DNA of 64,000 bases, from positions 229,675 to 293,674 of the forward strand of contig JAZKIU010000001.1 in assembly GCA_040384705.1 (NCBI GenBank), read 5' to 3'. Positions 35,919-46,570 of the stretch are shown here, piece after piece (position 1 is the stretch's first letter; the number at the start of each line of letters is the position of its first letter). Below the pieces are notes generated by a model. That model was not told the origin of the DNA, searched no databases, and saw only the letters and a list, made by a program, of their open reading frames with translations. Source of the DNA: Patescibacteria group bacterium. Its GTDB lineage: Bacteria; Patescibacteriota; Minisyncoccia; Phycocordibacterales; Phycocordibacteraceae. A program made the translations under genes and the position numbers.

Positions 35919-36611
35919 ATGGAAACCCAGAAGCCAGTAGCGGTCTTCGATATAGACGGCACGCTGTTCCGCTCCTCGCTCCTGATAGAGCTCGTTGAAG
36001 AGCTCATCAAGCGGGAGATATTCCCAGCAGACGCTCGCAAGAGCTACGAGACCTCGCAATTAGAATGGCTGAACAGGAAAGGGGAGTACGAGCCTTTTAT
36101 AAAGAAAGTAGTGCAGGCGTTCGGCAAGCATGCGAAGGGTGCGCCGTATGGCGATGTCGCGGACGTTGCGGGAGAGATAATAGAGTCGAAGAAGGACAGG
36201 ACGTATCGCTATACCCGCGACCTCGTCGATGATTTGAAGGCGAAGGGCTACTTCCTCCTCGCTATCTCGCACTCACCGAAGTTCATTGTGGACGGTTTCG
36301 CGTACGAACTCGGGTTCCACAAGTCCTATGGCACGTTCTACGAGACCGGGGCCTCTAACCGCTTCACGGGAGAGATAGCTGATGAGCACCTCATCATGAA
36401 CAAGAGCGCAGTGCTCAAGCGTGCGGTCGAGAAGGAGAACCTCACGTTCAAGAATTCCTATGGAGTGGGAGACACGGAGAGCGACATCTCCATGCTTACG
36501 ATGGTCGAGAATCCTATCGCCTTCAATCCAAACCGTCTTCTCTATCGGCATGCGAAGAAGCATGGGTGGCCTGTTGTGGTTGAGCGGAAGGATGTGATTT
36601 ATGAGATATAG
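35919..36611 (+). CDS. HAD-superfamily hydrolase (HAD-IB/PSPase-like)
   Basis: It carries motif I VAVFDIDGTLF and downstream HAD motifs. Confidence 0.75.
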   Translation: METQKPVAVFDIDGTLFRSSLLIELVEELIKREIFPADARKSYETSQLEWLNRKGEYEPFIKKVVQAFGKHAKGAPYGDVADVAGEIIESKKDRTYRYTRDLVDDLKAKGYFLLAISHSPKFIVDGFAYELGFHKSYGTFYETGASNRFTGEIADEHLIMNKSAVLKRAVEKENLTFKNSYGVGDTESDISMLTMVENPIAFNPNRLLYRHAKKHGWPVVVERKDVIYEI

Positions 36612-36667
36612 GGCCAAAACCTAGTCGGCCATTTCCGCTTCCTTCAGTAATTCCGTATAATGCCCCT

Positions 36668-36922
36668 ATGACAAAGAAACTCTACAGAAGCCGGGAGAAT
36701 AAGATGATCGCCGGGCTCTGCGGCGGCGCAGGCGAGTATCTGAACGTCGACGCGAACGCCATCCGACTTGTCTACACGATAGTCACCGTCCTTACAGGTG
36801 TTTTCCCCGGAATCATCGCGTATATCCTCGGAATCTTCATCGTGCCTTCAGAGCCTCTCATAACTCCTGTCACACCAGCACCTGCTCCGGACACCACGGA
36901 GGATGACACCATCAACCTTTAG
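36668..36922 (+). CDS. PspC-domain membrane protein
   Basis: RSRENKMIAGLCGGAGEYLNVDANAIRLVY is the PspC domain, followed by one TM helix. A TATAAT -10 element sits at 36652-36657. Confidence 0.7.
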   Translation: MTKKLYRSRENKMIAGLCGGAGEYLNVDANAIRLVYTIVTVLTGVFPGIIAYILGIFIVPSEPLITPVTPAPAPDTTEDDTINL

Positions 36923-37712
36923 GGCTCTCATCTGGAAGCATTACCGCACGCAGGGCAGGCATGACCTGCCGTGGCGGAAAACCACGGATGCATACCGAAT
37001 CCTCGTCTCCGAAGTAATGCTCCAGCAGACGCAGGTGGAGCGCGTCATTCCATACTATAAGAACTTCCTCAAGGAGTTCCCGACAGTCGTTGCACTCGCG
37101 AAAGCGCCCCTGTCCTCTGTTCTACGACAGTGGCAAGGGCTCGGATACAATCGTCGCGCCAAAATGCTGCATGAAGCAGCTAAAGTCGTGGTACGCGAAC
37201 ACAAAGTAAGAATGCCGACAGACATAATCGTGCTGGAATCCCTGCCAGGCATTGGTCCATACACGGCTCGTGCCGTCGCGGCGTTCTCTTCGAACACGGA
37301 CAGTATTTTCATAGAAACAAACATTCGGACGGTCATCACGCACCACTTCTTTCCGACGAAGGAAACTGTCTCGGATAAAGAGGTGCTCGAAGTACTTAAC
37401 AAGGCATATCCGAAAGGGAAGGCGCGGGAATGGTATGCAGCCCTCATGGACTATGGCTCGCATCTAAAGCGAAGCGGCGTCCGCATCAACGCAAGAGCGA
37501 AGGGATACACGAAGCAATCAAGATTCGAGGGTTCAGAACGCCAAGCGCGTGGCGCCATACTCCGCGCCCTTCTATCCGGGCCCAAAACGAAGAAAGCCCT
37601 CATAGGACTTCTTGGAATAGAACGCCAACCCCAGATGGAGTCTGCCCTTGCAAAGCTTACTCAGGAAGGCTTGGTGGCAAGGACTGGGACAAGGTTCTCC
37701 CTGCCTGGGTAG
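36903..37712 (+). CDS. MutY/Nth-family HhH-GPD DNA glycosylase lacking both the Fe-S cluster loop and the C-terminal NUDIX domain
   Basis: The N-terminal LIWKHYRTQGRHDLPWRK, ILVSEVMLQQTQVERVIPYY and LPGIGPYTARAV motifs match the MutY catalytic domain. The C-terminus has no Cys. Confidence 0.7.
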   Translation: MTPSTFRALIWKHYRTQGRHDLPWRKTTDAYRILVSEVMLQQTQVERVIPYYKNFLKEFPTVVALAKAPLSSVLRQWQGLGYNRRAKMLHEAAKVVVREHKVRMPTDIIVLESLPGIGPYTARAVAAFSSNTDSIFIETNIRTVITHHFFPTKETVSDKEVLEVLNKAYPKGKAREWYAALMDYGSHLKRSGVRINARAKGYTKQSRFEGSERQARGAILRALLSGPKTKKALIGLLGIERQPQMESALAKLTQEGLVARTGTRFSLPG

Positions 37713-38881
37713 CGGGTGTCCTGGACGCGCAGCCCCATCACCGTGCCGGCAAACGCAATGGCAAGACCGAGTACGAAGAAGAGCATGCTATAGCCACCGA
37801 GGATGAGGAAGAGGCTGCCGAGCAAGGGTGCGACGAGCGCGCCCCCCGGCCGCATCATGCGGAACACGCTCACCGTGTTAGGGTCACGCTCGGAGACACG
37901 CCTGAAGAAGTGCCCCTCAACCATCGCTTCGGCGAGCGCCGCACCGATGCGGGTGAGCACCAATATAGCGAGGATGACAGCAAGCGGCGTCGCGGCGTCA
38001 ACGAAGGTGAACGCCGCGAACGCGAGGCCCATGATGATGAATCCCGCGACCAGAAGGAGCCGGTCGCCGAAGTACCGGTCAGCGAGATACCCCGCAGGGT
38101 ACTCGAGGAACACGAACGGGAGCACCATGATGGCGAACATCCAGCCGAGCTGGTCCCACGGCATGCCGAGTACCGTATGGAGATAGATGGGGATATAGAG
38201 CGGGGCGAGATGGAAGAATATCTGCAAGAGACCGTACGAGAAGGCGACGGCCCGGAAATCACGGTCTCCCCACATGCAGGTGAATACCGACGCTATCTTG
38301 CTCCCGCGAGGGGGCAGTCCCTCCGGTATGTGCTCCACCAGGAAGAGCATGATGAACGGGGTAAGCGATACCGCGGCTGCGAAGAAGACGAGGTCGTATC
38401 GGTTCGTCCCATCAAGGAGAAGTCCCACCAAAAGCGGGGCGAGCACGAGCGCGAGGCTGCCCATCGTCATGAACGCGGTACGGACGCGGCCGGTCGAACC
38501 CTCTTCCTTAACGGTCGCTTCCAGCAGGAGATCGAGCTGGTACGCGAGAAGCGGAGAGGTCGCGCAGGCGAGCGCGACGCACGCGATGGCTATGGCCACT
38601 GAAGGATTGCCCGCAAGTATGGTGAGCACGACTGCCTGGAAGAAGGCGAGCGCGATAGCGATGCGTTTCGCGCCGCGCTTGGCGACCAATCGCGGCATGA
38701 TCGGGAAGAGAAGGAGCGTAATGACCGCCCCCATTGTTATGACGAGCCCGGCTCCTGCGACGCCGATGAGCGTCTCGAGATACGGTCCGACTATGTAAAT
38801 GATGAGGAAGAAGTGCGCGGCAGAGAAGAAATTGCCGAGCCACAGGACCTTTCGCGCTTGCATGTCAGGAAATTGTATCAC
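37661..38881 (-). CDS. MFS transporter
   Basis: It has 12 TM helices and MFS-typical loop motifs. Its 3' end converges on and overlaps the glycosylase gene. Confidence 0.85.
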   Translation of the reverse strand: MIQFPDMQARKVLWLGNFFSAAHFFLIIYIVGPYLETLIGVAGAGLVITMGAVITLLLFPIMPRLVAKRGAKRIAIALAFFQAVVLTILAGNPSVAIAIACVALACATSPLLAYQLDLLLEATVKEEGSTGRVRTAFMTMGSLALVLAPLLVGLLLDGTNRYDLVFFAAAVSLTPFIMLFLVEHIPEGLPPRGSKIASVFTCMWGDRDFRAVAFSYGLLQIFFHLAPLYIPIYLHTVLGMPWDQLGWMFAIMVLPFVFLEYPAGYLADRYFGDRLLLVAGFIIMGLAFAAFTFVDAATPLAVILAILVLTRIGAALAEAMVEGHFFRRVSERDPNTVSVFRMMRPGGALVAPLLGSLFLILGGYSMLFFVLGLAIAFAGTVMGLRVQDTRYPGRENLVPVLATKPS

Positions 38882-38952
38882 TCGCTCCTCCCTCGGTTGC
38901 TATCGGAAGGGAATTGAGGCAGGATGGCGCAAGACCAACAGGGGGAATCGTG

Positions 38953-39651
38953 ATGGCGAACGCCAGGAAGCGTGACTATAAGACCGAGAAAGAGCTCTGG
39001 AGGATGATGTTCGGGCCGACAAAGATAGCGGCTATCCGTCGCGAGCAGGCTGACCAGAACTTCCGGGAGGTATTCGAGGATGGGCACGCCACTTCCATCC
39101 GCGAGTTCCTGGAGCCCTACGCTGAAGACTATCGTCGGATGCTCAGGCGTCGCGGATTGGCATGGAAGCATATGACCCAATTCCATCCCGATGCGTTTCC
39201 GCTCCTGCTCAAACATGGGGTCGACTATGAGCCGTATGTCTTCGATGACTACATGTATCGGGAAAAGATACAGCCGTGGGCGGGGAAATGTTTCGCGAAC
39301 TCATGGTTCATCGTGGACAACCACGCTCGCATGAAAGGGCCGGAAGATCGTTCCCTGACATACGTGGAAGGGTTCCTGATGGGAGTACTTGCGTTACCTA
39401 TGCTGCACGCGTGGAATGGCCTCGACGGAGAGCGACCGGTGGCATGGGACTGGAGCCACTATGCGACTACGGGGTGGAGCCGGTACTTTGGCATCCCTTT
39501 CACGAAGGAAGAGTACGATTTCATCATGCAGACGGCGTACGGCGAGCCGATGATCCATTCCTTGTTCGATCGCAAGAACTTCGAACGACACCGGGCGCCG
39601 CTGCTAGAAGTCCTTTCGCGCCGAGATAACAAAGAGAAGCCCGCTGCATAA
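38953..39651 (+). CDS. Hypothetical cytoplasmic protein, 232 aa
   Basis: A ribosome-binding site AGGGGGAA sits before ATG 38953. A terminator follows. It has conserved-looking Cys (CFANSW) and His residues. No family is recognised. Confidence 0.5.
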   Translation: MANARKRDYKTEKELWRMMFGPTKIAAIRREQADQNFREVFEDGHATSIREFLEPYAEDYRRMLRRRGLAWKHMTQFHPDAFPLLLKHGVDYEPYVFDDYMYREKIQPWAGKCFANSWFIVDNHARMKGPEDRSLTYVEGFLMGVLALPMLHAWNGLDGERPVAWDWSHYATTGWSRYFGIPFTKEEYDFIMQTAYGEPMIHSLFDRKNFERHRAPLLEVLSRRDNKEKPAA

Positions 39652-39673
39652 GTGCAGCGGGCGCTCCTTTTTA
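39639..39673 (+). terminator. Rho-independent terminator overlapping the stop codon
   Basis: GCCCGCTGCA-TAAG-TGCAGCGGGCGCTCCTTTTT. Confidence 0.8.
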
Positions 39674-39682
39674 TGTGTGTGA

Positions 39683-41638
39683 CTAGACCCCGATCAATAC
39701 CGGAATGACCATCGGTGCCTTATTCGTCCTCGCGAAGAGGTACCCTGCCATGGTGTCGGAGAGCGCATTCTTCACGTAGTCGAGGTCGACGGGGTTCATG
39801 CCCTGTGTCGAGTCCTCGACGGTCTTCTTGATGAGAAGGCGTGCCTGGTTGAGCATGTCCTGGCTCTCGCGCAGGTACACGAAGCCACGGCTGATGATGT
39901 CCGGCGACTTGCGCAGCTTCCCGGTCTTGAGGTTCACGGTCGCGATGATGACGAACATGCCGTCCTTCGCGAGCATCTGGCGATCACGTATGACCACCTC
40001 CTGCATGTCCCCGATGGAGAAGCCGTCGACTACGAGCGGAGAAGAAGGAACCTTCTGCTTGTGGACGTTCAGGCGCTCTCCGTCCTCGATATCGATGACG
40101 GTACCGTTATCAGCGACGATGATGCTCTCGCGCGGGCGTCCGGCCTGCTCGATGGCTTTCGCGTGCGAGGCGGTCATCGAGTAGTAGCCATAGGCGGGCA
40201 TGAAGAACTTCGCGTTCACCTGCTGGTTTATCCAGATGAGCTCGCCCGTGTTGCCGTGCCCGGTCGAGTGCACGTCGCTCGATCGGTAGTGGATGAGGGT
40301 AACGCCATTGCGGTAGAGGTTGTCCTTCAGGCGCTGCACCGATATCTCGTTGCCTGGAATAACGGAGGACGAGAGCACGATGGTGTCCTTGTTGGTGAGC
40401 GTGATGTTCTTGTGCTGCTTCGTCGCGATGCGCATGAGGGCAGCGAACTCCTCGCCCTGGGCACCCGTCGCAAGAATGACGACCTTGTCGGGAGGGTAGT
40501 CACCTATTTCCTGCGCCGAGATGAGCGTCTCCTTCTTGATGTTAAGAAGGCCCGTCTTCTGCGCTATCTCGAGGTTCGTCTTGATGGAGCGGCCTTCGGT
40601 GACAATCTTCTTGCCGAGCGATTCAGATATCTCGATGATGCGTATCATGCGCTCGAACTGCGATGCGAAGGTACCGATGATGAGGCGGCCCTGCACCGTC
40701 TTGATGATGTTCTCGAGGGTCTCGTGCACCTTGCGCTCAGGCACGGAGAATCCGTCGCGCTCGGCGTTGGTCGAGTCCGCGATGAAGAAGAGGTTCTTCT
40801 GGGAGGCGAGATGGCCCCACGTCTTCACTTCCTTCTCGGTCGGTATGCCGTTCTCGTGGTCGAGCTTGAGGTCACCGGTGACGACGACGTTTCCGTGCGG
40901 TGTCTCGATAGCGATACCCATCGAGTCAGGAATGGAGTGCGTGACGGGGAAGAACTGCACCTTGGTAGAACCGATGGTCATCGTCTGGCCCACTTCGACG
41001 ACGACGAGGTTCGGCTTTGGCATATCGGGATACTCCTCCTGGCGCTTCGCTATCATCACCGCGGTGAGGTTCTGCGTGTAGATAGGCGGATTGCCGAAGC
41101 GGTTCATGAGGAACGGGATACCGCCGATGTGGTCGAGGTGACCGTGCGTGATGAATACGCCGCGCACGCGGTCGATGTTCTTCTCGAGGTAGCTCGTGTT
41201 CGGGAGGATGTAGTCGACGCCCGGGGAAGTGTCCTCGGACGTGAACTGGAACCCTACGTCGAATATGAATATGTCGCCGTTGGTCTCGACGGTGAACATG
41301 TTGCGGCCGACTTCCTCCACGCCACCCAAGGGAACGATGCGTACGACGCCTTCTGCGGGCTTCGCAGGGAAGTAGTCAGGAATGGCTTTGGCTTGGGTAG
41401 TCGCCTGGGACGGACCGCTTGGGCGACGGAGAGTACGGCGAATTTGGCGCGAGACGCGACCGGGGCGCTCAGCACCTCCGCCGCCACCACGACCGCCGCG
41501 AGAACCGCGGCCACGGGGGGCGTCGCCTTCACGGCGAGGTTCGCGCGGGCCTTGTGGCGGCCGTGCTGACTGGTTGCTTCCTTGCGGGTTCCGGGGAGCC
41601 GGAGCGGGCGCAGGAGCGGGAGCAGGTGATGGAGACAT
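39683..41638 (-). CDS. rnj: Ribonuclease J (beta-CASP metallo-beta-lactamase RNase) with a Pro/Ala- and Arg/Gly-rich N-terminal extension
   Basis: It has an HxHxDH motif (ITHGHLDHIGG) and beta-CASP plus C-terminal domains. About 90 aa of low-complexity sequence (PAPAPAPAPA, RGRGSRGGRGGGGG) precede the catalytic core. Confidence 0.9.
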   Translation of the reverse strand: MSPSPAPAPAPAPAPRNPQGSNQSARPPQGPREPRREGDAPRGRGSRGGRGGGGGAERPGRVSRQIRRTLRRPSGPSQATTQAKAIPDYFPAKPAEGVVRIVPLGGVEEVGRNMFTVETNGDIFIFDVGFQFTSEDTSPGVDYILPNTSYLEKNIDRVRGVFITHGHLDHIGGIPFLMNRFGNPPIYTQNLTAVMIAKRQEEYPDMPKPNLVVVEVGQTMTIGSTKVQFFPVTHSIPDSMGIAIETPHGNVVVTGDLKLDHENGIPTEKEVKTWGHLASQKNLFFIADSTNAERDGFSVPERKVHETLENIIKTVQGRLIIGTFASQFERMIRIIEISESLGKKIVTEGRSIKTNLEIAQKTGLLNIKKETLISAQEIGDYPPDKVVILATGAQGEEFAALMRIATKQHKNITLTNKDTIVLSSSVIPGNEISVQRLKDNLYRNGVTLIHYRSSDVHSTGHGNTGELIWINQQVNAKFFMPAYGYYSMTASHAKAIEQAGRPRESIIVADNGTVIDIEDGERLNVHKQKVPSSPLVVDGFSIGDMQEVVIRDRQMLAKDGMFVIIATVNLKTGKLRKSPDIISRGFVYLRESQDMLNQARLLIKKTVEDSTQGMNPVDLDYVKNALSDTMAGYLFARTNKAPMVIPVLIGV

Positions 41639-41723
41639 AACGATGAATGATTTAGAACAGGATAATTAATTTCCTACCAAGTAGAGAGCAGTAGGCACGG
41701 GAAGCGAGAGGTCGCTTAACCTA

Positions 41724-43445
41724 CTACTTGCTACTCACTAAGATTGGCCACACGAATTCGGTATACCGATGCCAGCTCGCGACCGTAGCGAAACGGTCAG
41801 AGGGCGACGTAACTTGCGGAAGCACGATGCCCTTAAGGTCCTTAGGTACAGCATACAGGAAGTCAGGCGCATGCGTAAAGGCGGCAGGATAGTCAGCTGC
41901 TATAAGCTGGCCCGCGCTCACGATATCGGCGTGCGCAGCCTCCGTATCGCTCTCGGCGCGTGCCTTTGCTAGGAGCGCGTCCACCGTCTCGTTCGTATAC
42001 AGGGCGACGTTGAGCCCTGGGTCCCGGCGCTGGCTTGAGTGCCAGAACGCGAAGAGGTCACGATCGCGTCCCACCACCTCCCCGAAGAGAAGGGCGTCGT
42101 ACTCGCGCGGGCGTATGACTTCCTGCGTGAGGCTGCCCGGCTCATACAGCTCGAGCGCGACCGGTATCCCAAGCAGCTCCCAATCCGCCTGCACCGAGGA
42201 AGCGATGAGCTTGAGCTCTGCCACGCTCGAGGTGCGGAGCGTGATGGTAGGCATTGCGGTCTCTCCCTTCGTCCATCCCACACCCTCCTCATAGTCCCAA
42301 CCGCCCTCATCAAGAATGAGGCGCGCCGCTTCTATGCGGGTAGCAGGGTCAGGAAGCGCTGCCGGCTCGAATGTATCGGCTCCTTCAGGAGGGAGCGGTC
42401 CGGTGAGCGGCGTCGCGTACCCACCAAGCAGGGTGTTCACGATGTTGTCGCGATTGATGGCAACGGAGAGCGCCTCGCGCACTTCTTTGTTCTCGAAGAT
42501 AGGCTGCTTATCCGGGTTATAGAACACCCCGAACACGCGTGCATAGGGCGCACGCAGCGCTCCGTCCTTCGCGACCCCGTATGCGCTCTCGACCGCGCCC
42601 CGACGTACCGCCCCAGCAAGATCGGAAGGGGAGGTGAAGAACTTGAAGTGGATACCATCGAGATAGGGGCGGCCCGTCGCGTATCCCTTGAAGGCGACGA
42701 GATCGTATTCCTTGATGACACCGTTCCCATCACGCAGCACGTTCGTGACGCGGAAGGGACCTGCCGCTACCGGACGCTCCATAAGAGGGGAGAAGGGGAA
42801 CTGGTCGTTCGGCACATTCCTCCAGAGCTTAGAGGGGAGTATGCCGAGCGTGGTGTCCTCGATGAACGGCGCGTACGCCTGCGGTAGCGTGAAGCGCACG
42901 GTGCGTGAGTCCACTACCTCCGCGCGGATGTTAGCCCAGTTCGCGTACTCCGGGGACTTGAGCGTAGGGTCCTGCGCCTTCTCGACGGTGAACACCACGT
43001 CTTCTGCGGTCACCGGCGTATTGTCCGAGAACTTCGCGTGCTGGCGGATGATGAACGTATACGTCTTGCCGTCCTCCGATATGGTGTAGCTCTCAGCAAG
43101 GACCGGGGTGAGCTCGCCGGTAGCGGATATGCCCATGAGCCCTGCGTAGGTGAGCATGGTGAGATCGCGGTCGGCGTCGGTGAGCGCAAGAAGGGGATTC
43201 ACGAAGCGAGGAGCACCCACCATGCCTTCGATGAGCGTTCCGCCGCGAGCAGGCTGCTCGACAAGGAAAGTCTTCTGCAGCTCGCGTATGCCCATGAGGC
43301 AGCTCACGACTACGGCAAGCGCGAGAATGCTCGCGATGAGCTTATCCCCCGGCGGGAGCCTGCGGATATGCGAAAAGAACCGGGAGATAGCCGCCGGCTT
43401 CTGGAACGATGGGAAAGTAGTGGGGAAGCGAGAGAACCGCTCCAT
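41724..43445 (-). CDS. ABC transporter substrate-binding protein, family 5 (peptide/nickel type). No cognate permease or ATPase gene is adjacent.
   Basis: It has an N-terminal anchor and the SBP_bac_5 architecture (OppA/DppA-like). Confidence 0.85.
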   Translation of the reverse strand: MERFSRFPTTFPSFQKPAAISRFFSHIRRLPPGDKLIASILALAVVVSCLMGIRELQKTFLVEQPARGGTLIEGMVGAPRFVNPLLALTDADRDLTMLTYAGLMGISATGELTPVLAESYTISEDGKTYTFIIRQHAKFSDNTPVTAEDVVFTVEKAQDPTLKSPEYANWANIRAEVVDSRTVRFTLPQAYAPFIEDTTLGILPSKLWRNVPNDQFPFSPLMERPVAAGPFRVTNVLRDGNGVIKEYDLVAFKGYATGRPYLDGIHFKFFTSPSDLAGAVRRGAVESAYGVAKDGALRAPYARVFGVFYNPDKQPIFENKEVREALSVAINRDNIVNTLLGGYATPLTGPLPPEGADTFEPAALPDPATRIEAARLILDEGGWDYEEGVGWTKGETAMPTITLRTSSVAELKLIASSVQADWELLGIPVALELYEPGSLTQEVIRPREYDALLFGEVVGRDRDLFAFWHSSQRRDPGLNVALYTNETVDALLAKARAESDTEAAHADIVSAGQLIAADYPAAFTHAPDFLYAVPKDLKGIVLPQVTSPSDRFATVASWHRYTEFVWPILVSSK

Positions 43446-43455
43446 AAGGGTGTCC

Positions 43456-43686
43456 TTAAATGAGGAAACCAGCGACGGCTGCAGCTACGAAAAGGATAGC
43501 GATGACGATAGTCGCGTTGAAAAGGAATTTCTCCGCGCCACGACGCTTGTAGAAGGTCGATGAGAAATTATCGCCTCCGAAAGCCCCTCCAAGGGAAGCG
43601 CCACGATTCTGCAGCACAATGCCGAGAATGAGGAGCACGGAGAGGGCTATCTGTACGTAGGGCAGTGCTGCCGTTAGAGTCTCCAT
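43456..43686 (-). CDS. secG: Preprotein translocase subunit SecG
   Basis: It is 76 aa with two TM helices and the LQNRGASLGGAFGG glycine-rich loop characteristic of SecG. Confidence 0.8.
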   Translation of the reverse strand: METLTAALPYVQIALSVLLILGIVLQNRGASLGGAFGGDNFSSTFYKRRGAEKFLFNATIVIAILFVAAAVAGFLI

Positions 43687-43724
43687 CTGTAGGCCCTACC
43701 TTATCAAATAGGGGAGGGAAATGC

Positions 43725-43750
43725 AAAAGCCCTCCGGGGGTCCGGAGGGC
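43725..43750 (-). terminator. Rho-independent terminator on the minus strand
   Basis: The hairpin GCCCTCCGG-GGGT-CCGGAGGGC is followed by a T-run on the minus strand. Confidence 0.7.
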
Positions 43751-43780
43751 TGCGGGTGAAGGGTTATGGCCTCAGGAGAC

Positions 43781-44047
43781 TTAGTTGGTCTCCTTGGGTT
43801 GGCGCATCCCCCACGATTGGACGAAGAAGAGCAGGACGAGGACGGCGATGAAAGCTCCGGCCGCAAGCGCATGTTCCGGCCGAGTCTGGCCGAGCCAGTG
43901 CGCGATCGCCGCGAAGGCGACGAGGGCGGCGCTGGCGGCGCAGTACCCGAACATATCCTCGCGACGCTGCTGTTGGCGAAGCGTGCGCATGGTGACCCAG
44001 AACGCGCCAAGGGCGCAGATGCCGGCAAGGATGAGGATTGCAGTCAT
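43781..44047 (-). CDS. Small hypothetical membrane protein
   Basis: It has two or three hydrophobic helices. The start is trimmed to MTAILILAG. Confidence 0.4.
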   Translation of the reverse strand: MTAILILAGICALGAFWVTMRTLRQQQRREDMFGYCAASAALVAFAAIAHWLGQTRPEHALAAGAFIAVLVLLFFVQSWGMRQPKETN

Positions 44048-44210
44048 GGCTGGTTCTCCCAGTGGCCAAATTGACGTTACTGAAACTACTATACACATTA
44101 CTTACATATATGTCAAGTATAGAAACTGGGAAGCCATACGCGCATGTAAAATCCAGCTTTTCTTTATGTTTGACGGTGCGCAATGAATTCATATACACTG
44201 TGGATAACTT

Positions 44211-44232
44211 TTAACGCCGTTTTGCGCGTTAA
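44211..44232. promoter_or_regulatory. Inverted repeat TTAACGC-N8-GCGTTAA in the AT-rich groES upstream region. It is a candidate heat-shock operator and is not canonical CIRCE.
   Basis: Perfect 7-bp arms lie 54-75 nt upstream of the groES ATG. The surrounding 240 nt are unusually AT-rich. Confidence 0.3.
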
Positions 44233-44285
44233 AAAGGGAATTCATGTTCACCCGTTACTAACCGCCTAAGCGATATCTTTTCTTT

Positions 44286-44588
44286 ATGGCAAAAGCAGAA
44301 AAACTTTCCATCCAACCGCTTCACGACCGTGTGGTCGTCAAACCCGCTTCTCGTGAAGAAGTCTCCGCCTCAGGCATCATCATCCCGGACTCGGCCAGCC
44401 GAGAAAAGCCGGAGCGGGGAACCGTTGTCGCCGTCGGCTTAGGCCGATACGAAGACGGCGACCTCATCCCCATGACCGTTAAGGTCGGCGATACCGTCCT
44501 CTTCTCCAAGTACGGCTTCGACGAAGTGAAGATAGACGGCACCGAGTACTTCATTCTCTCCGAGTCAGGTATCCTCGCCATCATTTAA
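44286..44588 (+). CDS. groES: Co-chaperonin GroES
   Basis: It is 100 aa and carries the mobile-loop and canonical Cpn10 motifs. Confidence 0.95.
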   Translation: MAKAEKLSIQPLHDRVVVKPASREEVSASGIIIPDSASREKPERGTVVAVGLGRYEDGDLIPMTVKVGDTVLFSKYGFDEVKIDGTEYFILSESGILAII

Positions 44589-44609
44589 TAGAGTCGACTT
44601 CCCTACTAA

Positions 44610-46262
<1,653 letters not shown>

Positions 46263-46282
46263 ATCAGAATAGCGAAAGACGA

Positions 46283-46323
46283 ATGCCGCGGTCCCGTAAG
46301 GGGTCGCGGCACTTTCGTTTGTT
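46283..46323 (+). terminator. Rho-independent terminator after groEL
   Basis: GCCGCGGTCCC-GTAAG-GGGTCGCGGCACTTTCGTTTGTT. Confidence 0.7.
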
Positions 46324-46330
46324 CAGTTCC

Positions 46331-46444
46331 CTATTCAGCGGGAACGAATGGAGCGCGCTGCTCGGTAGGAATGCCGCACAGAGCGAGCCAAAAGTTCACG
46401 TTAATGGGAATCCAGAGCCGGGGGCTATAGGCGAGCCAGAGCAT
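46331..46444 (-). CDS. Possible small hydrophobic peptide, 37 aa, with a very strong Shine-Dalgarno sequence. Speculative.
   Basis: The minus strand reads GGAGGAGG, a 7-nt spacer, then ATG, encoding MLWLAYSPRLWIPINVNFWLALCGIPTEQRAPFVPAE, and ends at TAG. There is no homology evidence. Confidence 0.25.
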   Translation of the reverse strand: MLWLAYSPRLWIPINVNFWLALCGIPTEQRAPFVPAE

Positions 46445-46570
46445 GATGCATCCTCCTCCACGGTAACTATACGTCCCCAAAGCTCATGCATAGGAGATAA
46501 GGGGAGTAATCGGGAATACGTATTTACGCAAGGATTGCCGCCTATTGGCAATCCGCTATACTATAGGTAT

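Noticed and set aside
44048-44285. CIRCE element upstream of groES
   Set aside because: No TTAGCACTC-N9-GAGTGCTAA match is present. Only a different 7-bp inverted repeat was found, and it is reported as a low-confidence finding.
46283-46570. N-terminal 96-aa extension of LemA in track ORF 46283..47131
   Set aside because: The extension starts inside the groEL terminator and has no ribosome-binding site. LemA homologues start at the TM helix (MTILYIVLGVLALIV), which here has its own ATG at 46571.
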